This document shows, one piece after another, positions 25,871-37,650 of a stretch of DNA of 64,000 nucleotides (positions within the stretch are counted from its first letter, which is position 1; every line of letters begins with the position of its first letter). Where the stretch lies: the NCBI GenBank assembly GCA_973851085.1, contig OZ316775.1, positions 14,942,001 through 15,006,000 of the forward strand, read 5' to 3'. Below the pieces are notes generated by a model that was not told the DNA's origin, did not search any database, and saw only the letters and a list, made by a program, of their open reading frames with translations. This DNA comes from Ptychomitrium polyphyllum. Lineage: Eukaryota. A program made the translations under genes and the position numbers.

Positions 25871-27559
25871 TCACTCATCATCCGAGTCTCCAAACGTGAT
25901 CTTCTTGGCTTTTCCAGAATCCGCGCCGATGTCTTTGAAGTGAGCACCATACAACTTAGATTCCTTTTTCTTAACATGAGTGCCAAACTTGAGGAGCTCC
26001 TCTGGGACTGTTTGACCTGCCTCCCTCAGTACATTCACAAGCTCACCAGCTCTGGCCCTATCAGCTTGAGTGAAAAATGTATGCGACATACCTTTCTTTC
26101 CAGCTCTACCAGTTCTTCCGATTCGGTGCACATAGTCCTCTGTCGTAAGAGGAAAGCTGTAATTGATGACATACTCCACATCCGGAATGTCGAGTCCTCT
26201 TGCCGCAACATCTGTAGCAATCAGAAGAGGTCGTGTTCCATCCTTGAAGGAGTTGACAGCTTTGGTACGATCTGCTTGGCCCTTGTCACCATGAACCGCA
26301 GACACTTTCCAACCTCTTCTCTGAAGCGCTGCCTCGACACGGACGGCCTCCTTTTTATACAATACAAAAACTAAGACTCGGTTTGTGCGAGACTTGTGAT
26401 ATTTCTGAAGCAGAGTTTCTAGCCGCGCATCACGTGCCCTGTCTTCGATCACCTCAACAATTTGAGTCACATCATGGTTCGCTGCCAAATCCTGGGATCC
26501 CACCATAACCTTCACAGGATCCTCTTCGTTCATGAACTCCATGGCTAGCTTGGAAACTGCCTGCGGCCAAGTTGCACTGAACATCACCGTCTGCCTCACT
26601 TTGGAGCATGTGCTCAGAATTGCGCGAATTGCAGGCTCGAACCCTAAATCCAACATCCTATCGGCCTCGTCCAAAACCGCATACGTAACTTGGTCCAACG
26701 AGCAGACGCCTTCCTCCATCAAGTCCTGCAGCCTACCTGGCGTTGCAATCACAACCCTTGCACCTGCCTTGAGAGCGCTCCTCTGAGGACCCTTGGGAGT
26801 ACCCCCATAAACACACACAGTTCCAACCCCACAGGCAGCGCCCGCTTCCTCAAGCACGTCTGCAATCTGCTGCGCAAGCTCCCGGGTTGGCGCCAGCACG
26901 AGGCAAATGGGAGCAGCCTTCTGTCCTTTCTTCTCCAACTTGTCCAGCACATGCTTCATTGCAGGAATTCCAAAAGCAAGCGTCTTACCTGACCCCGTCG
27001 CCGCGATGCCGATCAGGTCTCGCCCAGCAAGCAGAAACGGCCACGCATGACCCTGAATTGGAGAAGGTTTCTCAAATCCTTGACAACACTGGAGCACGGT
27101 CGACGGCACCCCATCTAGCTTGAAAGTCTCCAGCTTCTTAAACTTGGGATCCTGGCTGCTACTGCCCGTCACCACCACATTCAGTTTCTCGTTTCCTATC
27201 ACTTCTGCCGCAACTGCCGACGACTTGGGAGTAGTAGTACTCACAGGCTCACTCTTTAAGCTTGTCTCGCATTTCTGTTTCTTCTTCTTCTTCTTCTTCT
27301 CCTCAACGACTTCCTCCTCTGCCTCAAGATCTACAGCAACACCTTCACCCTCACCACCCTTCAAGTCTTTATTCTTATTCTTCTTCTTCCTCTTCTCCTC
27401 CGTGACACCCGTCTCCACTACCATAGAGGTCATTGGCGCAGCTGCCTCTACAACCTCAGCCTCCTCCCGCTCCCGCTCCCGCTTCTTCTTGTCCTTCTTC
27501 TTCCCCTTCTTCTCCTGCACTACGGGAGTTCCCGCAACCATGTTGCCGAGCGCCACCAT
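25871..27559 (-). CDS. RH5: DEAD-box RNA helicase RH5/STRS1 (yeast Dbp3 orthologue), 562 aa, single coding exon
   Basis: Q motif (FEKPSPIQ), ATGSGKT, PTRELA, TPGRL, DEAD, SAT, ARGLD, HRIGRTGRAG. Lys-rich N-terminus and the Dbp3/RH5-type C-terminus KKKESKLYGAHFK...KKITFGDSDDE. Confidence 0.96.
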   Translation of the reverse strand: MVALGNMVAGTPVVQEKKGKKKDKKKREREREEAEVVEAAAPMTSMVVETGVTEEKRKKKNKNKDLKGGEGEGVAVDLEAEEEVVEEKKKKKKKQKCETSLKSEPVSTTTPKSSAVAAEVIGNEKLNVVVTGSSSQDPKFKKLETFKLDGVPSTVLQCCQGFEKPSPIQGHAWPFLLAGRDLIGIAATGSGKTLAFGIPAMKHVLDKLEKKGQKAAPICLVLAPTRELAQQIADVLEEAGAACGVGTVCVYGGTPKGPQRSALKAGARVVIATPGRLQDLMEEGVCSLDQVTYAVLDEADRMLDLGFEPAIRAILSTCSKVRQTVMFSATWPQAVSKLAMEFMNEEDPVKVMVGSQDLAANHDVTQIVEVIEDRARDARLETLLQKYHKSRTNRVLVFVLYKKEAVRVEAALQRRGWKVSAVHGDKGQADRTKAVNSFKDGTRPLLIATDVAARGLDIPDVEYVINYSFPLTTEDYVHRIGRTGRAGKKGMSHTFFTQADRARAGELVNVLREAGQTVPEELLKFGTHVKKKESKLYGAHFKDIGADSGKAKKITFGDSDDE

Positions 27560-27583
27560 GGCCCTGTCTGCTTCTCCCTTAGA

Positions 27584-27590
<7 letters not shown>

Positions 27591-27615
<25 letters not shown>
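27591..27615. repeat. (GA)n/(CT)n tract in the RH5 5' leader
   Basis: Dinucleotide run ~30 nt upstream of the RH5 ATG. Confidence 0.9.
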
Positions 27616-27710
27616 CGTGCTAAGGACTTCCAGCTGAACCTCAACTAAGAGAAGATTACTGAGAAGACAGCGAAGGAAGCGACGGAACAGCAGCGCCGAT
27701 GAAACGCAAA

Positions 27711-27817
27711 AGGCCCATCGGAGCTAGGTCGGCGCTTGAGAACTGCAGAAAAAGCCCTAACCCATGTCCGCGTTGTCCGAAAACCCTAATCGTTTGGTAG
27801 GCGACCGACCTAAACCC
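27711..27817. promoter_or_regulatory. Telo-box plus site II promoter module in the RH5 / oxygenase divergent promoter
   Basis: AAACCCTAA at 27781-27789, variants CCCTAACCC (27755-27763) and CCTAAACCC (27809-27817), site II GGCCCA at ~27712 (another at ~27995). This combination is typical of ribosome-biogenesis and snoRNA promoters. Confidence 0.65.
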
Positions 27818-27819
27818 AT

Positions 27820-27982
27820 GTCCGCGGATGATGAAGTCTTGCCCTCCGGACATGCTCTCAACCGATTCTGATGTCAACGAACTCCATTCTTGAGTTCTGT
27901 GAACAATTGGGTGCACCGATTGTTTCTGTGCAATCGTTTCAGTTGGTTGTATACTTGGAGGTTTGCTTCTTCTGAAGCGGAC
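27820..27982 (+). ncRNA. Candidate structured C/D-box snoRNA-like RNA (~160 nt)
   Basis: Box C ATGATGA 27828-27834, box D CTGA 27972-27975, 6-bp terminal stem GTCCGC/GCGGAC in k-turn register, internal CTGA at 27868, extensive internal base-pairing. No confident target identified. Confidence 0.5.
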
Positions 27983-28172
27983 TAGAGGCCTTTTGGCCCA
28001 TAATCTCTGTGACAGCTCTAGGCATTGGCATACGAGCGCATGTATGTATCTGTGTATGTTTTTAGTTTTCTGATGCATGCAGGCAGTGCTGTGCGATCAT
28101 TCTGATGTGCAAATGCCCTTGCTAATGTGATCTTTTGATGTGATCTTTTGATGTGATATTTCGGTCTCTGGC

Positions 28173-30681
28173 ATGGTGCTACATCTCCTTCATCCCATGT
28201 CTCCTCTGTCGTGCGCACGATCTCGCTGCCTTCAGCGGGTTCAGTTTCGGAGTGACAGGTTGAGGGGAGGACTAAACCAAAGGGACGCGGTTCTGATGCG
28301 GGAGCGTTTGGAACGGGGGATTAGATTCTCCAGGCGAGTGCGCAGAGAAGGGTGTATTCTAGCCATAGCCGCTGGTAGTTTGCGAATCCGAGGAGCATCT
28401 TGCAAGCAGGAGGGTGAAATTAGCGACAGTGGTTGTGGTGGAGATTCGTCCAAGGCTGCTGAGATTGCTGTGTTGGACATGGGGGCGTATTTTAGCGAAG
28501 AGGCTGGCGTCCGCGAGGGGTTTGTGGAGAACCTTAGAGATCAATGTCACAGGGTGGGATTGTTTTATGTGAGGAATCACGGCGTCTCTCAGGAGCTTTG
28601 TGACAAGATGCTGGCCACCGCTCGCCTGTTCTTCGACTTGCCGACCAGTGTCAAGGTGTTTTGTCGACCTCTGCATTCGTTTTGATTTGGTGGCGCAGTT
28701 TTGTATCTTTGCTCAGAGCTTGAGAATTTGAAAGGTTGTCATGGAACTGACTCATGTTTATGCTTGAAAAGCAGCGCTTTGTAGTTTTTCACGACAAAGT
28801 GTTTGTAGTGATTGCCCATGATTTTGGATACAAATGGTGCAAATGAATCTACCAGTATGTGATAATCCGCACTCGATGTTGTTTCAAGAGAGGGCTCTAG
28901 TGGGGAACAATGAGCCTGCTTTGGTTAGTCCATGAAATCATTTATCTTACCATACTCGTTTCTCATTAGTATTTTGAACGGCAACGCAGCAGAATAGGGT
29001 TTTAGTAACTGGGTCCGTGAGTTAGTAGCTTTAGTAATTCTGAAGCCGTGGTTTTGTGCCTTAGAATGAAATGGACTACACAGCGTCTCCACAATTTCGA
29101 GGCTACATGAAGATCGGGGTGGAGAATACTGCAGGACTTGTTGATTTTCGGGAGCAGATTGAGTTTGGTCCTGAGGAGAATGCCGAAGCTGATTCTGGTG
29201 AGACTGGCATCTGATCGACGCATGATGTCAAAAGTGTTTTCTGCATTTCACATTTGTTGATGTATGTATCGGAATTTAATCTTGACCCAGCCTATGTTTA
29301 CATCCCTGGTCTGCTGTATTTGTAATATGCATAGGTGGAATTTGTTATGAACCACTCTAATAAGTGGATTCTGGTAATGCAGATGGAATTGATGATATCT
29401 ACCCTGTCTTCCGACGCCTGCGTGGACCAAATCAATGGCCACCAGTTGCATACGTCCCTGAGTTTCAAACCACTGCCATGGAATTCATGGAGCAGATGAA
29501 TGTCTTTTCCATGCATCTTATGCAGGCATTGGCGTTATCATTGGGTCTAGAACACGACTTCTTTGATTCAACTTTTCTTCACTCTCCACACTATCAAATG
29601 AAAGTAAGGTTTTTGATTCATACGAGGAAAATTCTGATTAATTATTAGAAAGCTTGCCGTTTGCATTCTTCTATTTCCAGTTTGAGAGAGTCGACAGTGG
29701 AATGTGTATGGTTAGCGAAAATCAAAGTTACTTCAGTGGAGACAGAGTTTCCTTTTGAACTGATGTTGGGGTGAATACTTGTGTGACAAATTCTCAGGTA
29801 GCACGGTATCCTCCAAAGCCAGCAGAGGATGGTAATGCCGGAATTGGTGTGTTTGGCGTTGGCCCACATTCCGATACTGGATTTTTGAGCCTCCTCCTGC
29901 AGGACAATGTTGGAGGTCTACAGGTAAGCCCAGGACGTTTCTATAAAGTGTTGATCTGATATGGGTTTCTTCCAACCAGGTTGCCAGGAGCGACAGTACA
30001 TGAGCTAGCGTTTGAGGTGTGAACATTAAAATGTAGTCCTGGTACTTGTATAGGGAATTCTCTAAAATAAATGAGTATTCAGTGTTGTAAATGCGTTGTG
30101 TGCGCAGCAGAAATTTTATGATTGACTATTGCTATAAAAAATCCTAAAGAATGTAAGAGTTAGCATGGGTTTGGGGGACCTGTATCACGAGACACAATTC
30201 TCAAGTTTCACAGCTGGAACATTTATATGGTGGTAATGTGATTCATGTGATGGTTTTTTCTGTTCAGGCACAAATCGTGGATGGCATATGGATCGATGTA
30301 CCACCAGTTGAGGGTACATTGGTGGTGAATCTTGGAGAAATGTTACAACTGGCAACACATTGGTACTACTTGGCCACGGTTCACCGTGTGTTGAGTTTGC
30401 CCGGGACCACGTCAAGGTACTCAATTCCTTTTTTCTTCAATCCATGTTTGGATGCTGAGGCGAAGCCTATTGACATGGAGATTATAACATCAACAGAATG
30501 GCGAGATACTACTGCTAAAGGTGGAGAATCTACCCACGGTGGGAAAAACAAGCTACACCCCGTGTTCGGAATTAACACGTTTAAAAGCTTCGCTAGAAGT
30601 CATCCCCAGGTTGTAAGGAGGCATCATCCTGGCCTCATGGATGCCCAAGGTAATCTTGTCTTGGATAGAATACTTGGATAG
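28173..30681 (+). CDS. 2-oxoglutarate/Fe(II)-dependent dioxygenase, isopenicillin N synthase-like family, 5 exons
   Basis: Exons 28173-28655, 29065-29197, 29383-29603, 29798-29923, 30268-30681. GLFYVRNHGV, SPQFRGY, LRGPNQWP, H-S-D (GPHSDTG), ATVHRV, RYSIPFFFNP. The Arg/Ser-rich N-extension resembles a transit peptide. Confidence 0.92.
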
Positions 30682-33191
30682 TGGTATTTCTCTGCAAAAG
30701 GGAAGCCTTATGTGTCAAATTATAGTCCACTTGAAACAATACCACTGCAATGCACAGGTCGCTTGTCAAACCTCAAGGTGTTAAACTTTGGCTGGAAGGC
30801 ATATGGCCAGGAAGCATAAAATCTATTTGCGAGGCCTATGACTGTTGGCTTGTATCAATATAGCTGTAAAATTTTGTGCAACAATTTTAATCTGTTGCTC
30901 GATTCTGGTACATGGGGCTGGAAGCGTAGTGCATCACTACCGTTTATTCAGTGTGCAACTTACCGAGCTCAGGAAATTAGCTCAAATACGGCCTTCCTTG
31001 TGTGTCCCCTTAAGCTTCTGGTGGCGTCTTGATGGTATGGAGATTTCGCGAAGCTGGGTGGTATGATGCAACTGGGACTGAAGAACGCTGGTGGCTGGTC
31101 CTTTTTTTGATGAAAAGTTTTTCAATGCCATAGCCATGGTTACTTTTAAAGACAAATAATGTAGCAAGGGGAGCAAAGCTGGCAAGTAGGAGGATGCGCG
31201 TAGTGTAGGCACTACAATCTTGGTGGAGGACTCAGGGTGTACGTCGTGATGCATTTGATACGTTTTAGATCAGATTTTTGCTTGCTTGTGAAGTGTCATT
31301 AGCAATGAAGGTATTAGGAATGTTTGATATGCAGGTCATTGTTCTCCTAATACGAGTGCAAGTACTTCTTCCAATCGCGGTTAGAAGGCAATCTCGAAAC
31401 TTGTCAAGCAGTTTGGGCTAGGAGTGGTTGTGTTCTCTGCTGAGTCAGATCGAAAATCTTTCAAGTGCAGCGGTGGTTAATACCACATCGAAGTTCTGTT
31501 ATTTTTGATAGTCAGAGATCAAAATTGCGACATGAAATTCGTGGTGAAAGCTGACACGTCCATTGAAAGCTTGATACATCTAGAAGCTTCACTCAATTTT
31601 CTTCTTGTGGAAGTCGTCACCGAACAGAGGAGTAATACTGAAGCTTTTACTACACGGTCGAGTCTGCACATGAAATTCCAAAAAAGTTCAGAATGTTATT
31701 TTATTGTGAGGAAGTGCATTTTAACCAAATGAATAAAAAAATTCAATGAGAATTTATTGAATTTTCGTTACGACGTAGACTTGATTCTGGCGTTAGGAGG
31801 GTTGACTGTATTAGAGCTGTTTTTGTACAACCGTAAAAGAAAGGTTGATGGGTCAAGGGCCGCATTATACCCTGTTCCCATACCCGCAGGATTTTTTTGA
31901 CATATTCTGAGATTTTCTTTTCATGTTGGTCCAAAGTTTCAAGTTCTCTTGCAAGGCTTTTCGAAAATGGATGGAAAAATGAGTTGGTGGCAGCAATTAT
32001 CATAGGAAAGTCTTTTTGTATTGACCATGTTTAGGCTAAGAATTGGTTCAATGGAGGAAATTTTCCTGGTGCCGACCTTGGTCATTTTAATATCCTTCCA
32101 TCTCACCCGTGGTTTGTCCTCTGCCCAATATACCCATGTCTGACCTGAATTTTTTCTTGTCCTAAGGTGCTAACGTACAATGTAGTGGGTAGAATTGTGT
32201 GACAGTGTGTAAGGAGCGTGGAGAGGCGTAGAGTAGTGGACATACCCGTAATGGAATCTCAACATTCGAGGCCATCAAAGGAGATTCTGTCTACAGTGTC
32301 TATTCTTTGCAAGTTTGTCCTATATGATGTGCTAACTAGCGTAGCAACACACTGATACGTGTTGTCTCCGGATCTCCCAGATGGAACTCAAAGCCAAAAC
32401 CGGGGGTCAGGGAGGATTTTCCGGCAAATGGACTTCATGCGGGAATCAGGAAGCATCTTCGTGTGGACATTACCACCTGAATTGGAATCCTTTTCACACT
32501 CCTGGCAGCTGCGAGGTCGCCATCGGGTTTCTGCACAACTCTAGGGCACCTTTGCATACATATTGTTCTGGTAACTTACTGACGATGCATTCTCTTGTCC
32601 CTTCAAAAAGCTTGACTTTACTGCTTATCTGTCAATTGGGAGCTTATCAGCTTCGCATCATCAAGAGATTCTTCATAGTTACTGCATGTCATACAAGAAG
32701 ATCTAATGCAAGCTTGCATGTAGCATATCTCAATTGCATCTTTACGGCTCAGCTTCTGCCTACTGCAGTTCCTGTTGGTGAGGCACAGTTCGATGATCCC
32801 GTTCCAAGTTGAAGCCTTGGCAATGTGTGTTGTTTATTGATAAGTAATTTAGCAGATTTTTTGAAACTAAGATTTCATTACTCTGAAATTTCCTTTATGG
32901 TTTTGGTCGTTGCGTTTTTGTAGTATTTGCGTGGAAGGCAACTTTGATTGGCAATTTCGAGGTTTGAGTCGGGAATCTGTTAATTTCGAAGTCAGTATGG
33001 TATGTTGAACCTCATGTTGTAGTTGTATGGCGAGGCAAGCAAAGCTGAAGCAGTGATGGCCTTTCAATCTAGCTATAGATAACGAACTGATTCATCTGTG
33101 ATACCTCAAGTGCAGAGGTGCAGACCAGGTATGTAAAAGCAACGTTCGGGGGGAGGGTACAACGGTGTAATTCCTTGCAGCAGCAGCAGCA

Positions 33192-35018
33192 ATGGCGTCA
33201 GAAATAGGGCGGCCACTCCAGCAGCCAGAGACCACGAGGCCAGCAGGAAGGGTTGAATCCTTCTATGAGGAGCTTAAAGACAACATACGTTACCGGTGCT
33301 TGTGGGAGGAGGTAAGCGGCTCCTTGGGCGACTTAGGCACGTTTGTGCCCATCGTCATTGCACTTACTCTCGTCAATGGACTTGACCTCGGCACCACGCT
33401 CATCTTCACAGGCGCCTGCAACATCATCACAGGTAAATGCACTTCGCAACGCCCACTTGTTCTGTTTTTAGGTTCCTCGCATGTTTTTGCAAAGATTTCC
33501 TTCTGATGGAATTAACGGAAGTGGTCGTAGGCTTCCTACCTAAGTCCTGTGCACATAGCAGGAAGCCTATAATAAACAAACTCTTGCCGGCCTCCACAAA
33601 GGAGCCCGAAGATGTTTTCTTTCTTCTTGTGAGTGACAGCCATGTCCTTATGAATGATGAGTCATGTTCTTGTGAGTGATGAGTCATGTTCTTTGCAGGT
33701 ATGTTGTTTGGGGTGCCAATGCCAGTGCAGCCCATGAAGTCGATTGCGGCCGCTGCGCTGACGCCCGGAAATTTGATGACTATCCCTCAAATTATGGCAG
33801 CGGGGATTTTGACGGGGAGCATCTTGGTGGGACTCGGAGTCACGGGGCTCATGACGCTGGTGAACTACCTGGTGCCGCTGCCCGTGGTGCGTGGGATCCA
33901 GCTCGCGCAGGGACTGTCGTTCGCTATCACGGCTGTGAAGTACATGCTGAAAGACCAGAACTTCGCCAAGGGCAAAATGGGCGGCGACCGCGCGTGGCTC
34001 GGCTTGGACAGCAAGCTCTTGGCCATCATCGCACTCTGTTTCATCGTGCTCGTGAGCGGATGCGGTGAGTACACCGTCAATCCATTCCCTAAAGACTCCA
34101 TTGAAAGTTCCAATCCGGGAGTCATTATCAACGCAAATGATGCGCCAAGAAAGAGCATCTGGCGTAAGAGATTGCGCATGATCCCCACCGCGCTCTTTGT
34201 GTTCCTCCTCGGTATCATTCTCGCTTTTGTCAGAGACCCAAGCATCGCCAGAAGGCTGGCCGTTGGACCCTCTACACCCCAGATTGTGCACATCTCTGCC
34301 AGAGATTGGAGGATTGGATTCATCAGAGGCACTATTCCACAGCTGCCTCTGTCGGTGCTCAACTCTGTCATTGCAGTTTGCAAACTTTCCAACGATCTGT
34401 TCCCTACCAAGCTAGAGGTGACGCCCGTGAAAGTCTCGGTAAGCATTCACCATCCCTACGTTTCTAATTTTCCATGAGCACCGGATTTTCCTCCTTAATG
34501 TACTCTGTAAGTTTGTTCAATTCTTGACTTTTATGCAACCATGGTGGCAGGTGAGTGTGGGGCTCATGAACGTGGTGGGCTGTTGGTTCGGAGCAATGCC
34601 AACGTGCCATGGATGCGGGGGACTGGCAGGCCAGTACAGATTTGGTGCGCGGTCTGGGATATCTGTAGTGTTTCTGGGGACAGCCAAACTGCTTCTGGGG
34701 CTCCTCCTTGGAGGAACCCTGCTTCAAATTCTTGCGCAATTCCCTGTTGCACTTCTGGGAGCTTTGTTGCTCTTCTCAGGTCTCGAGTTGGCCATGACTT
34801 GCCGTGATCAGAACACTCGGACCGATTCGTTCATTATGCTCTCTGTGGTGGCTGTGTCGATCTCGAACTCCAACGCTGCACTGGGCTTCGGTTGCGGCAT
34901 GGCGCTTGTGGTCTTGCTCAAGGCACGTCAGAGAAAGACTTATGAGATGCTGGGGAAGGTGATGTGTTGGGCCAGGAAGCGGAATGCAGTGCCTGGGCCA
35001 GATGCTCACCAAGTTTGA
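33192..35018 (+). CDS. MOT1: MOT1-family molybdate transporter (SULTR5-like), 3 coding exons
   Basis: Exons 33192-33432, 33699-34438, 34551-35018. Family motifs GSLGDLGTF, PMPVQPMKSIAAAA, IPQLPLSVLNSVIAVC and FGAMPTCHGCGGLAGQYRFGARSG. Confidence 0.95.
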
Positions 35019-37290
35019 TGCATGTAGTTATTCCACTGAATCTGTGACCAGTGAACTTCAAGGATTTCGGTCCAAACATTGTACAGTTGGCCTCCTTTCA
35101 ACAAACAAATGTAGCAGAATAAGAAGAGTGATGATTCATGAATGCTTTTACATCGTGGCTGGAGATGGCAAGAGAAAGCAGGGCTCAAAACAATTCATGA
35201 GGGAATTCTGCGGAGTTATGGAATCAACTGCTACTCTCTAGTGTTTCCAAAGACATAGCCCTTGTCAAGCTGCAACAACTGCTTCTGGCAGATATTTCTT
35301 TAGGTGCTGAAGTGGGATTCATCTGCGGCAATGCATCATCACATTCAAAACAGTTTCCAAACGAGGGTGAGGATTGTGTTTACCTGCTGAGACAGGTTTC
35401 GATGCTCACGCGTTCAAGTGAGCAAAAAGCTTGAATATGTAACACTTTAATATAGAACACTTTAATAATGACCCAAAGAATCTGCTCTGAACTTGTGTCG
35501 CTGTGTAGTATAACTTTTGAGGAAGCCAGGATTTGCAAGCTAGTGTGCTCTGCAAGCTTTTTGTCTGCAATCTCTGTAAACTGGTAGTTCATATGGCAAT
35601 TACAGTACTATGTACCTTAATTTTACGTGTCGATCAGTATACTTTCGTTGAGGTGCACGATGATTATTTGGTAGTGCACGGTAAGTAGCATGTTTACAAG
35701 TATCTGGAAACCTCTCGTTTCCAATTCTACATGTACGTGGGAACATCTTGTTGAAGTGACTCACCCTTGGAATCGAAGTGGCAGTGTATGCAGAAGGGCA
35801 TGAGTTCTTGAATGGAAGAAGGTTTTGACAACGGAATTGTCTATGGTGTTGAATGAGGGAGACTCAAGGATGTAATGTTGAATGTGGAAAGATCTTTTCT
35901 CCCGTAATTCTCAGCTGAATGATAACAATATTTTTGACCAGATTCGAGCTATGGATTGCTTCTTATCTGGCCTTTTTCGAACAATCAAAAAAAGTACAGA
36001 GAAGTGGGAGTTTTATTAGTGCTTTTGCCATGCACTGCAGATTGCAAAATAAACAAATAGCAGGATTTTTTACATGCTTTTTTGATAAGGCTAACTAATT
36101 CATAAAGCGACAGGAAAGTTGTTGATTATTATCAGCTTAAAACGAATAGACTGCCAGTATGCACGTTCTGACTTCTGTCCTTAATAAACATTTGAGCCAG
36201 ACTACACAGAAAGTGTTATTTAGACTAAACCGTATTAACTATTCTCTCAAAATCTCTAATAATGAGCAAAGATATTGATGCTATTTATACAAAATGATTT
36301 TTATTAATAAAATTGGTAAAAACATTAATCAAAAGTAGAAACTTTCATATTTTTTTATCAATTAGTGTGATTAATACTAATTCGGACAATATAATTTGAG
36401 TACATTAATGTTCTTTCCAAAAGCCTTGTCTTGAGAGAATTTTGAAACCTATTTTTATAAGGATATATGTTGGTTCTTTAAATTTCGTTGATTATGTTCT
36501 ATAAGAAATATTCAAAATTATCAATTCTAGAATAAGGAATAAAAGTAGAATTGATGTATTTTTTTCTACCTTTAATTACAAGACCTTTAATCAGAGCACC
36601 AAAAGATTATGTAGTATTTTTTAGCAAGTTGAACGTGTAAAAGAAAGTTTTACCTTGTTCAATAATATCAACTAAGTTTGACTTGTCTTTGAATAAATTT
36701 TTTGTAATGCACAAGTTGAATTTTACCATGACAAACAAAATTGAGTTTTTTACTTGTATACCAAAATTTAAAAGATAGGAAAAAATATAACATGTTTAAA
36801 AAATCTTATTCTTAAAAGAAGTGTATAATAATATTATAACTCATGTAATCATGATAGAAATGATTATAGAATTAATTTTTATAAAACTTTGATGTGAATA
36901 ATAAATTCAAAGGTTGTAATTTTTTCTTGAAATTAAAAACAAAAACAAAAAAAAATCAAAAAAAGAATTCGAAATCTTTACTGATGAAGATAGAAAGTTG
37001 GATTGCAGTTAATAAAAATTGTCAACACAACATATCAAATATTACAACCATAATTAGTTTTGTGATAAACAAAAACCAAACACACCTTCAAGGAACAAAG
37101 ACGAATCACTACACTACAAAGTTAAGCGGCTCTCGCTCCACAAAAGAAGAATTTAAGAGTATAAGAAGTAAAGAAAATCCTAAAGCTTTATTAAATGATT
37201 AAATCAGCATCTCTAAGCAAAATTAAACACAAGGTCTTTCAAAATACACTTACAAAGCTTGATTTGGCAAAGAATGCCAAGCTAAGGGAG

Positions 37291-37650
37291 TATTACGGAT
37301 AGAGTAACTACAAGACAAGGCTTAAGGATTCTAGCATGTAGAACAAGATATGTCCAAGGTATATTAGAGGTAAAGAGCTACAACAAGGTACAAAAGATAA
37401 GGCTTAAAGGTTTGAACTAGACCACAAGAGATGCATTGTCAAGATTGAAGATCCTTTCAGCCTTGACTCCTATACATATTAGACCTATAAGCCTTGGAAG
37501 CTTCTTGGAAAGCTTCTCCTACATTGCTTCTAACTCAAGCAACCTTGAGTTACTTCCTTAGTAGGTTCCTAAGCCGAGGTAATTTCCTTGGAAGCTTCTC
37601 AAACCTTCCAAGAATCTTTCTAGATTCTTCTAATATGTATGTCCGTGATA
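37291..37650 (-). repeat. 3' LTR of the gypsy element (family A)
   Basis: Aligns by eye with 46040-46459. Both termini have decayed from TG..CA to TA..TA. Confidence 0.85.

Noticed and set aside
25790..27623. Long plus-strand ORFs (194 aa, 167 aa and others) opposite RH5
   Set aside because: Antisense shadows of a GC-rich CDS and its Lys/Glu repeats; no independent motifs.
27755..28065. Telomerase RNA hypothesis (CCTAAACCC / AAACCCTAA as template)
   Set aside because: No Pol III USE (TCCCAC-like) plus TATA upstream and no recognisable pseudoknot; telo-boxes explain the motifs more simply.
30838..31254. ORF with a signal-peptide-like hydrophobic stretch after the oxygenase
   Set aside because: Non-ATG start, no downstream domain; probably 3' UTR.
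32381..32812. 143-aa ORF upstream of the molybdate transporter
   Set aside because: No recognisable family; runs into intron-like sequence, so more likely 5' UTR exon and intron. A uORF cannot be excluded.
33662..34446. 209-aa and 193-aa minus-strand ORFs
   Set aside because: Antisense shadows of molybdate transporter exon 2.
22548..35018. SDR + dioxygenase + transporter as a biosynthetic gene cluster
   Set aside because: The SDR is a pseudogene, the transporter is a molybdate family member, a housekeeping helicase intervenes and there is no scaffold-forming enzyme.
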